A stretch of DNA of 64,000 bases from Promethearchaeota archaeon (GTDB lineage Archaea > Asgardarchaeota > Lokiarchaeia > Sigyniarchaeales > SOKP01): the NCBI GenBank assembly GCA_048939995.1, contig JBHLOY010000011.1, positions 64,001 through 128,000 of the forward strand. The letters run 5' to 3'. The translations under genes and the position numbers were made by a program. Positions 10,811 to 18,929 of the stretch are shown piece after piece. The notes beneath the pieces are model-generated. The model did not search any database, was not told the origin of the DNA, and saw only the letters and a list, made by a program, of their open reading frames with translations. Position 1 is the first letter of the stretch. Every line of letters starts with the position of its first letter.

Positions 10811-10844
10811 GAAAAAAGTGGAATTTTACATTTCCACTTTTTTC
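10811..10844 (+). terminator. 13-bp perfect inverted repeat after hdrB (putative terminator or processing hairpin)
   Basis: GAAAAAAGTGGAA-N8-TTCCACTTTTTTC, 12 nt after the stop codon. Confidence 0.55.
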
Positions 10845-11214
10845 ATCTTTGTAAAAAACAAATTGGCTACCTTAAGATCGTTTTCATAAATATAAACATT
10901 TGCTTTGAGAAAATTGTATTATTTTACATAAAAACTGTATTGCTTTCTTTTGATTACATACATCAACACAAACTTTTCTTAATAAAATTGTTTTGTTTAC
11001 TTAATTATGTTATGCTCCTGAATTTTTACCCCAACAGAATTCTCTTTTTTACCACAAGAAATAAACCAAATTTCACACAAATTCCTTAAGATAATCTGGG
11101 ATGAATACCCTATTTTTCCTACTTTTCCTAGGAAATAGTAAATTTTATATATTAAAATATAGTTAATTATTAAATATTGCTAGGATATATCTTTTGATTA
11201 ATCTTGGTGATATA

Positions 11215-11255
11215 TGAAATGTTGCAGAGTGGTACGCCACGGAATTAACATTTCA
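11215..11255 (+). promoter_or_regulatory. Leader hairpin upstream of protease paralog 1
   Basis: Outer stem TGAAATGTT/AACATTTCA; inner GTGG-TACG-CCAC (UNCG-type loop). Confidence 0.45.
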
Positions 11256-11335
11256 AATCTTAAAGAAACTAATAACTAAATAAAATCTAACAACAAAGTT
11301 AAAATAATTAAAAAACAAATTGGCGAAAAAAAATA

Positions 11336-13471
11336 ATGAGAAATATAAAAAAAACTCCGATTCTCATTCTCTTCTTAATGATTTCCTCGTTTGCAATGGG
11401 ATTCTTAGGATTTGTTATTATTACTTCCAGTAAAACAACTCCTTTTGATACAGAGGCTATTGATTTAGGATATAAAATAAGAGACGCTCATTATGGGTTA
11501 GATACTAACTTGGAATCACTCCCAACCGGGGTAAATCTTCCAAAATCATCTCCTAGTCCATACTATGATATTGGAGCTGTGCTTCCCTGGGTTGCTTTAA
11601 ATGATTATGAAGGATATTATTACTTAACCTATTTCGAGTTAAGAGCAATTGGTACTACTGCTGAAGTCTGGGTTGCCACCAATCTACTTTATCCAGCAGG
11701 TGATCCTAGGAATGATCCTTGGTATACAGAAGATGATCGATATTATTACCCTGAAGTTACTGATGAGGCTATTCTCTATCTATTAGGTGAATTTGAGAAT
11801 AATATTATGCCTACCCTGCATTCTGTATATGGAGAAGCAGATTTTCATGATGGAAGCAATGCTGGATTATCTTACGATTATTATGAAGAAACAGGTAGAA
11901 GTGTCATTCTCGTTTCTAATATTCGAGATACTGCTTACTATAATGATTGGTATCCTTATTTCATAGCTGGATTCTTCTCAAGTAGTATTGAAGGTTGGAC
12001 TGATAGAAATGTTATTTCCATTGATTCTCATCAATGGTATAGACGAACCGGTCCTGAAGGTACAGAATGGTATTCCGAAGTAAGGGATCAATTTGATCCT
12101 CCAGTTGATCGTCCATACATGTATGAAACTCTTATTGCCCATGAATATCAACATTTACTTCACCGTGATTACAATCCAAATGATCCAAGCTTTATGAATG
12201 AGGCTTGTTCACTGTATGCAGAAACTCTTGTCGGTTACCCATGGGAAACCGGTGATATTGAAAGTTACTTAGCCACTCCTGATAATTCTTTAATAGAATG
12301 GGGTGATCAAGGGGATATTAATATCTTAGCAGACTATGGTGCTTCTTTCTTATGGGCACTTTACTTAAGTGACCATTTTGGAGGTGTTGACTTTATAGGT
12401 CATTTTGTTCAAGCAGGAATTCCAGGAATTGATGGTGTAAATGCAGCATTAGCTCATTTCAATATTCAAATGGATTTCAATGATGTTTACCACGATTGGA
12501 GAATTGCGAACTTGATTCATTCGGATGTACCGGGTGGTGGAAGATATAATTATGAATCCGTGGATTTAGGAGCTTTAGACCAACAAGCAAGAGTCTATTG
12601 GGCTGATGGTGAAGATCGTGGAACCGATTTTGGAAATACCATTACTATTCTTGGTTACGATACGTTAGAATCAAGGATGAGAACATATGGTACAGATTAT
12701 ATTGGATTTAATGATCTGAGAAAATTAAGTCTATTTCTGTTCAATGGAGATGATTATGCCACCTTTGTAGAGGCCGGTTGGGAATATGTTGAGCCATATT
12801 GGTATTCTGGAACAGGAGATCTTTTAAATACATTAATTGGTACTGAAGTATATGTTGATCCTGCCGATCCTACTTTAGAGTTAACAACCTATTGGGACAT
12901 TGAAGATTTCTGGGATTTCGGATTTGTACAGGTTGCAGATGATGGTTTAGGTGCTTGGGAATCCGAATGGACTTCATTGGCAAATGAATATACTACAATG
13001 GATCACGATCCTGCTGCTCATCCGGATATAGTAGCGAACTTACCAGGGCTTACAAGCTGGAGTGGTTTCTTACCTGAAGGTCCATGGGTTACTATGACTT
13101 TTGATTTATCTGCTTGGGCAGGTCAAACCATTCATCTTGGCTTCCGTTATATGACTGATTGGGCATTTACCTATGAGGGTTGGTATCTTGAGAACGTTAT
13201 GGTAAGTGGAGTAGAATATATTGGTTCACTAGAAGTTCTATTGCCAACTGTCCCCCTAAGTTTCATGGTTACTATAGTAGAAGAAAGAACTTTACCAAAT
13301 GGTAAGACCTTTTATCACATAGATGATGTCCGAATATGGGATGGTTGCAACTTTGGTATGGATCTTGCGGTTATTTCTAAGAAAGAAGTAGCATATCTAT
13401 TAATAACCCCCATTATGGAGACGGGCTTCGCAGATTACTGGTTCAATGCCTATAGTCATAAATGGTGTTAA
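11336..13471 (+). CDS. Secreted zinc metalloprotease (immune inhibitor A/M6-M30-like), paralog 1
   Basis: N-terminal signal/TM segment; AHEYQH...NE zincin motif; C-terminal WDFGFVQ...FRYMTDW...GWY InhA-type domain. Confidence 0.8.
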   Translation: MRNIKKTPILILFLMISSFAMGFLGFVIITSSKTTPFDTEAIDLGYKIRDAHYGLDTNLESLPTGVNLPKSSPSPYYDIGAVLPWVALNDYEGYYYLTYFELRAIGTTAEVWVATNLLYPAGDPRNDPWYTEDDRYYYPEVTDEAILYLLGEFENNIMPTLHSVYGEADFHDGSNAGLSYDYYEETGRSVILVSNIRDTAYYNDWYPYFIAGFFSSSIEGWTDRNVISIDSHQWYRRTGPEGTEWYSEVRDQFDPPVDRPYMYETLIAHEYQHLLHRDYNPNDPSFMNEACSLYAETLVGYPWETGDIESYLATPDNSLIEWGDQGDINILADYGASFLWALYLSDHFGGVDFIGHFVQAGIPGIDGVNAALAHFNIQMDFNDVYHDWRIANLIHSDVPGGGRYNYESVDLGALDQQARVYWADGEDRGTDFGNTITILGYDTLESRMRTYGTDYIGFNDLRKLSLFLFNGDDYATFVEAGWEYVEPYWYSGTGDLLNTLIGTEVYVDPADPTLELTTYWDIEDFWDFGFVQVADDGLGAWESEWTSLANEYTTMDHDPAAHPDIVANLPGLTSWSGFLPEGPWVTMTFDLSAWAGQTIHLGFRYMTDWAFTYEGWYLENVMVSGVEYIGSLEVLLPTVPLSFMVTIVEERTLPNGKTFYHIDDVRIWDGCNFGMDLAVISKKEVAYLLITPIMETGFADYWFNAYSHKWC

Positions 13472-13591
13472 TTAAATCAATATTCAATTAAATTCTTTTT
13501 TTTTATTTTATATTTTTTCAATATGAGCATTAATAAGGTTTAGTAGATTATTTTTTATATTTTAGAGCTTTTATTTGATTTTCGAGTTTCT

Positions 13592-14500
13592 ATGAATGGT
13601 AGTACAGAAAATAACAAATCTTATAAGAACATTTTAGCTAATATCCTTCTGGTTTTAACAACTGTACTATGGGGTACTACGTTTATAATTACTAAAACTC
13701 TTACCCAAGAGATTCCAATTTTTTTATATCTTGGTTTAAGATATTTAATTGGAACAATTGGTTTCATTCCCTTATTTTTTCATTTTAAATTCATTAATAA
13801 AAAAATCATATTTTTGGGGATTTTAACTGGTTTTATTTATTTTCTTTCAATGGTGTTTCAAACATATGGACTTCAGACTACTACCGCAGGTAAGGCAGGT
13901 TTCATTACAGGACTCAGCACAATAATGGTTCCATTTTTAACATGGTTGATATATAAAAAACGAGTGAATTTCCGAATTTGGATTGGAGTAGCTTTATCTG
14001 TGGGAGGTATGGCTTTTCTATTATTGGAAACTGAATCAGGGATGCTAATAGGGGATTTATTAGTGTTAGTATGTGCTGTTTTTTGTGCACTTTTTATCAT
14101 ATTCAATGATAAGAATGTTCAAATTGTTGATGTATATCTTTATACAATTTTACAGTTAATAACTTTAACATTATTATGTTTTTTATCGTCATTATTACTC
14201 GGTGAATCATATAATCTATTATCATTTCAGTTGGATTTCTGGCTTATAATAGTTTATATGGGAATTGGAGCAACTAGTTTAACATTTATTTTCCAGAATT
14301 GGAGTCAAAAGTACCAAGGCCCTTCTCAAACAGCAATTATTTTTACTCTTGAACCTGTATTTGCAGCCCTATTCGGAGTCCTACTTGGAAATGAGATATT
14401 AAGCATCTTAAAGTGGATAGGAATGATTATGATTTTTACAGCAATTCTAATTACTGTAATTAAAGTTAATAATAAAAAAACTGGGACGAAATTGAAATAG
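13592..14500 (+). CDS. EamA/DMT-family transporter
   Basis: LWGTTF, GLQTTTAGKAGFITGL and LEPVFA motifs; about 10 TM. Confidence 0.9.
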   Translation: MNGSTENNKSYKNILANILLVLTTVLWGTTFIITKTLTQEIPIFLYLGLRYLIGTIGFIPLFFHFKFINKKIIFLGILTGFIYFLSMVFQTYGLQTTTAGKAGFITGLSTIMVPFLTWLIYKKRVNFRIWIGVALSVGGMAFLLLETESGMLIGDLLVLVCAVFCALFIIFNDKNVQIVDVYLYTILQLITLTLLCFLSSLLLGESYNLLSFQLDFWLIIVYMGIGATSLTFIFQNWSQKYQGPSQTAIIFTLEPVFAALFGVLLGNEILSILKWIGMIMIFTAILITVIKVNNKKTGTKLK

Positions 14501-14732
14501 AATAATATAAATATATGTTTAGAAATTAAAACTTAATTGTTTTAAATAATTTTTAAGCATAAGTTGTTGTCAATATCTCGACTTTCTTTTGATAACGTAA
14601 ATTTATTAATGTTTAACCTATGTAATAAACATTACATAAGTGTTAATATCGTTTAACACTTTTTTGTAGAAAAATATGATAAGAATATAAGTAGCTTTCA
14701 ATCAAATCTTAATTCACATACTTCCAACAGCA

Positions 14733-14888
14733 ATGCAAAAACTAAAGGGAAAAGGTTTGAACATCTGCAGTAAATGTGGTAACGTTATGGTCACCAGGAT
14801 CGTAAAAAGAGGGGCAAATCCTAAAAGTGGAGAGTTAGAGAAGATCCTTCAATGTATAGTCTGTAAACATTGGGTAGATATTGACTAA
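14733..14888 (+). CDS. Small zinc-ribbon protein (51 aa)
   Basis: Hand-translated MQKLKGKGLNICSKCGNVMVTRIVKRGANPKSGELEKILQCIVCKHWVDID*, with two CxxC motifs. Confidence 0.7.
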   Translation: MQKLKGKGLNICSKCGNVMVTRIVKRGANPKSGELEKILQCIVCKHWVDID

Positions 14889-14940
14889 TCCTCAAGTAGT
14901 ATTTTAAAATTTAAATTATTTGTTTATTCTAAACATTATT

Positions 14941-15130
14941 AATTTTGAAATGAAGTTTTGTTATCACATAAAAATGAAGAAGTAGAAGGGAACGATCGTT
15001 TGAGCAAAAAACAAAATCAGGGAGAGAATTAAACTCAAAGAGTTTAATAGAGGGCGAAATCCAATGTTAGCTCAAATTATCGTATTAAATTCCCTTCCCA
15101 ATGAGTAATGTGATTTCATCTTTAAAAATT
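14941..15130. ncRNA. Candidate structured ncRNA or decayed inverted-repeat element
   Basis: Nested complementary blocks ATCACAT/ATGTGAT, GAAGGGAA/TTCCCTTC, CGAT/ATCG, TTTGAGC/GCTCAAA and ATTAAACTC/GAGTTTAAT. Confidence 0.45.
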
Positions 15131-15280
15131 CATGTATTATAAAATAAAGGATTCTTAACATTTTGACTCTAATTGAAATCTTCTTTTTTTAATGAATCCG
15201 TATCTTTTATATCTGAGAAAAATAAAAATATTATAAAACTTATAAGTTTTCAAATCTAGTCCTCAAATACACATTTTAAC

Positions 15281-15318
15281 GAAGGCTTCTTGAAATCACA
15301 TGAAATTTCAAGACTTTC
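15281..15318 (+). promoter_or_regulatory. Leader hairpin upstream of protease paralog 2
   Basis: TCTTGAAAT-N8-ATTTCAAGA, extendable by GAAGG/CTTTC. Confidence 0.4.
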
Positions 15319-15410
15319 ATTTTGTGTCCAAAACAAACAATATTTATATAAAAAGAATTAAATTTTTGAATACAAAAAAGAAAAAGTGTAAAAAAAAAGA
15401 GATGTAAAAA

Positions 15411-17420
15411 ATGAGAAAAAAATCGATAATCTTAATACTAGTAAGCTTTATGTTTTTAAACTTTGGAGCATTTGGACTAATGTTTCTTCCTGTTTCTGGT
15501 AAACCTATCGAATTTCCTGAATATCAACCAATTGATATTGGATATGAAATAAGAAATTCTGATCTCCCTTTAGAAATGGGTGATCTACTCTTAACAAATT
15601 CTTTAAGTACTGCAGCTACTGAAGCAGATATCGGGACTCAAAGGCTATATGTTTCAATTAACTATTATTATGGCTATTACTTTACGACTTGGATGGAATT
15701 AATGGCGGTAGGAGAAGAAGCCGAAATTTGGGTACAGACTGATCTATCTTGGCCTGAAGGAGATCCAAGACCAACTCCAGTAATAACAAGTGAACAGTGT
15801 GAATATCTTGCAGATGAATTTGATTCAGTAATTTATCCGTTGACCACAAGTTATTTTGGAATGCCAGATTATAAGGAAGGATGGGATTCACCATATTCAC
15901 ATATGGTCGGAGCCCCTCCAGATTATACTTATGATCCTGAAGGTAAAAGCGTTGTATTAGTATCGAATATTAGAGACGATAACTATTACGATTATACCTA
16001 CCCATATTTTGTGATTGGTGTTTATAGCCCCACAATTGAAGGTTGGTTTGATAGAAATGTAGTATCTCTTGATGGAAATAATTGGCAAAATTACTTAGCT
16101 GGACCTGGAGGCCAATATGAAGGAACACTTGCACATGAATATCAACACCTTATTCATGATGATTATCAAGCAATAAAAACACCTTTCATGAATGAAGGAT
16201 GTTCAATGTTCGCCGAACTTCTATGTGGCTATCCTACAGCTTGGAATGACATTAATAGCTTTCTCGCAACTCCAGACAATTCCCTTACTGAATGGGGAGA
16301 TCAAGGTGGGATAAATGCCTTAGCCGATTATGGTCAGGCGTTACTCTGGGCAACTTATTTAGTTGATAATTATGGAGATGAATTCTTAAAAAATTATGTT
16401 CAAAATGGAATTACTGGTGTTCCCGGCGTCGAAGCTTTACTTCCTGCAGGTGTGAGTTTTGATGATGTATATCGTGATTGGACATTGGCAAACTTTATGC
16501 GAACAGGTTATACACGTATTGATTTTAATGATAAAGCAGCTAATGATGTAAGAGTCTATGAAGTTAAGGATAAATGGCCAACAGATGTTTATGGAACTGA
16601 TTTTGGTGATACTATCACAATATTGGGCTATAACACCGGTGTGTCTATGGTTGGCTCATATGGAACAGATTATATCCTCCTAAGTAAACTAAAATGGCAA
16701 TATTCATCTGAATTATGGTTTAATGGAGAAGATACAGCTTGGCAACCACATTGGGACAAAGATGGTACAGCTTGGTATTCTGGTTCCTCTACCTCTGAAA
16801 GTGCTTTAAACCTCTTTTTTGATTTCGATGCAACGGGAGTTTCAGCCTTAACATTTGATACACAATATATAATCGAGACAGGTTGGGATTTTGGAGCTAT
16901 TCAGATTTCTACTGATGGAGGTATGACATGGACTTCATTATCAAATGAATATACAACCTCTGACCACCAAGGTACACACCCAGATATTATTCCAAACCTT
17001 CCAGGATTAACAGGTAGAAGCGATGGCTGGATACCCATGAGCTTTGAGTTATCTGCATATTCAGGACCAGCAATCATTCGTTTCCGGTATATGACCGATT
17101 GGGGTACTGAATGGGATGGCTGGTGGATTGATAACGTCGCTCTCGATGGAGATCTTGTAGAAGAAGGTGATTTTTATACAGATTATAATCCACCCTTGAC
17201 CAGCTTTATTGTAAGTGTTCTAAGACAGGATTTCTGGGACGGTGATTATTATTATAATTTAATAGCTGAGTTCGATGTATCCGGACCTAATGAATTTGTC
17301 TTAGATTTAGCAAATTTCCTTTCATCTCCAGGCAAAGATCTTAGATACCCTGATGTTGTGTTAGCTATAACTCCTCGAGTTGGAATAGCAGATTATTCAT
17401 TCTCTGTAGTTCGTACATAA
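15411..17420 (+). CDS. Secreted zinc metalloprotease (InhA/M6-M30-like), paralog 2
   Basis: AHEYQHLIH...MNEG motif; shares long blocks with 11336..13471 (LATPDNSLxEWGDQG, FRYMTDW). Confidence 0.8.
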   Translation: MRKKSIILILVSFMFLNFGAFGLMFLPVSGKPIEFPEYQPIDIGYEIRNSDLPLEMGDLLLTNSLSTAATEADIGTQRLYVSINYYYGYYFTTWMELMAVGEEAEIWVQTDLSWPEGDPRPTPVITSEQCEYLADEFDSVIYPLTTSYFGMPDYKEGWDSPYSHMVGAPPDYTYDPEGKSVVLVSNIRDDNYYDYTYPYFVIGVYSPTIEGWFDRNVVSLDGNNWQNYLAGPGGQYEGTLAHEYQHLIHDDYQAIKTPFMNEGCSMFAELLCGYPTAWNDINSFLATPDNSLTEWGDQGGINALADYGQALLWATYLVDNYGDEFLKNYVQNGITGVPGVEALLPAGVSFDDVYRDWTLANFMRTGYTRIDFNDKAANDVRVYEVKDKWPTDVYGTDFGDTITILGYNTGVSMVGSYGTDYILLSKLKWQYSSELWFNGEDTAWQPHWDKDGTAWYSGSSTSESALNLFFDFDATGVSALTFDTQYIIETGWDFGAIQISTDGGMTWTSLSNEYTTSDHQGTHPDIIPNLPGLTGRSDGWIPMSFELSAYSGPAIIRFRYMTDWGTEWDGWWIDNVALDGDLVEEGDFYTDYNPPLTSFIVSVLRQDFWDGDYYYNLIAEFDVSGPNEFVLDLANFLSSPGKDLRYPDVVLAITPRVGIADYSFSVVRT

Positions 17421-17462
17421 TAATGGAGAAAAAGTATAAATTAAAATCCTTAAATTTTTTTT

Positions 17463-18272
17463 TTAATCTATCATTTTAGTAATTTTTAACTTTAAATTAT
17501 CTTCAGCAGCAATGACATTTTTAATTCTCGTATTCTTTTTCAATTTCTCAACTTGACTTGGTATAAAATTCTTTAATGAAATCTGAGAATCCATGTATGC
17601 TCCAAAATGTGTAATTATTAAAGCATTTAAAGTAGGTTTTATATGGTTGAGATATGGAATTACTTCATCAGTACATAGATGTCGTCGACACTTAATTGAA
17701 TCGGGTCTTAATAAGTTTAAGATAAGTATATTTACTCCGTTGAATTGCTCTGAAAACCCATCGAATACCATAGTATCACTCGTAAATGCTATAGAGTAAT
17801 CCTCAAGGTTAAACCTAATACCAAATCCCTCCATTTCAGGAGAGTGAATAACTTTAGTTCCTATTATCTCAGCATTCTTATATATAAGGCTCTCTCCAAT
17901 CTTAAATGGAATTACTTTTTCCAACATATTGATATGATATTCAGAGATAAACTTTAAAACCTCTTTGGTTGTTATTAAGGTACCTTTCTTATAATAATTA
18001 TAATGCTTATCATGTAAAACTTCCCGTGAACTTTCTATAAGAGCTGCTAAATCATTATAATGATCAACGTGTGGATGAGTTACGATAAACAAATCTGTCT
18101 TGGTTGGATCTTCACCATACTGGTTAATTCGGACAATGGCACCAGGACCAGGATCTATGTGAGCTTGAGATCGGTTAAATTTGTATAGAATGCCACCTGT
18201 AGCTCTATACTGAGTTCTAATATGATGTCTCCCTCCTCCAGAGCCAAGAATAACTAATTCATCATCCATCAT
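17463..18272 (-). CDS. MBL-fold metallo-hydrolase (RNase Z/PhnP-like)
   Basis: LGSGGG, DPGPG, THPHVDH, FTSDT and THFG motifs. Confidence 0.85.
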   Translation of the reverse strand: MMDDELVILGSGGGRHHIRTQYRATGGILYKFNRSQAHIDPGPGAIVRINQYGEDPTKTDLFIVTHPHVDHYNDLAALIESSREVLHDKHYNYYKKGTLITTKEVLKFISEYHINMLEKVIPFKIGESLIYKNAEIIGTKVIHSPEMEGFGIRFNLEDYSIAFTSDTMVFDGFSEQFNGVNILILNLLRPDSIKCRRHLCTDEVIPYLNHIKPTLNALIITHFGAYMDSQISLKNFIPSQVEKLKKNTRIKNVIAAEDNLKLKITKMID

Positions 18273-18322
18273 GTTTAAAGTATAGAATCAGATTAATTAT
18301 GAGAATAAATTAATAGTATAAT

Positions 18323-18847
18323 CTAATATTTTCCTTTTCGCATTAATTTTTTCGCAATTAATTCAAATACAATATTAACATTGTGCCCCGTTTTAGAAGA
18401 TGTTTTGATGAAATCTAGCATATTAAAGGTATTTTTAATATCTAAAGCAGTATCATCATCCATGCTTATTGCGTCCTCAAGATCTAGTTTAGTTCCTACA
18501 AGAATAATGGGGAGGTTTATATCATGAAGCCTAATTATATTCACCCAATTTAATACATTACCCATCTGAGGCATTTTAGTGAGATCTATTAGAAGAAGGG
18601 ATGCTCTTGCGCCCATTACAAAATTGCTAAGTAAGTGTCTGAATCTCTCTTGGCCACCTAAATCCCATAATTGTAATGAACAATTTCCCTCTTCTAGATG
18701 AATTTCTTTAAGAAAAAAGTCGACACCAATAGTGGTTATTGTTGATTCATCAAAGATTCCATCCACGTATCTCCTTAACAAAGTTGTTTTACCAACTCCA
18801 CCATCTCCAGCTACAAGCAACTTAAATACGAAATTTCTAGGTGGCAT
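18323..18847 (-). CDS. Rab-like Ras-superfamily small GTPase
   Basis: GDGGVGKT, TIGVDF, WDLGGQERF, TKLD and TSSKTG motifs; no C-terminal prenylation cysteines. Confidence 0.92.
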   Translation of the reverse strand: MPPRNFVFKLLVAGDGGVGKTTLLRRYVDGIFDESTITTIGVDFFLKEIHLEEGNCSLQLWDLGGQERFRHLLSNFVMGARASLLLIDLTKMPQMGNVLNWVNIIRLHDINLPIILVGTKLDLEDAISMDDDTALDIKNTFNMLDFIKTSSKTGHNVNIVFELIAKKLMRKGKY

Positions 18848-18929
18848 TCTCTTAATACAATTTTGGATATTTAATTTATCATAAGAAAATTATCAATTTT
18901 ATATTTTAATATAATATTACCTTATTATT

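Noticed and set aside
14985-15097. BHB motif, SRP RNA or RNase P RNA identity for the structured element
   Set aside because: The CGAU/AUCG helix is flanked by a 2x2 loop and a 7-nt bulge, not 3-nt bulges, and the SRP and RNase P consensus motifs are absent.
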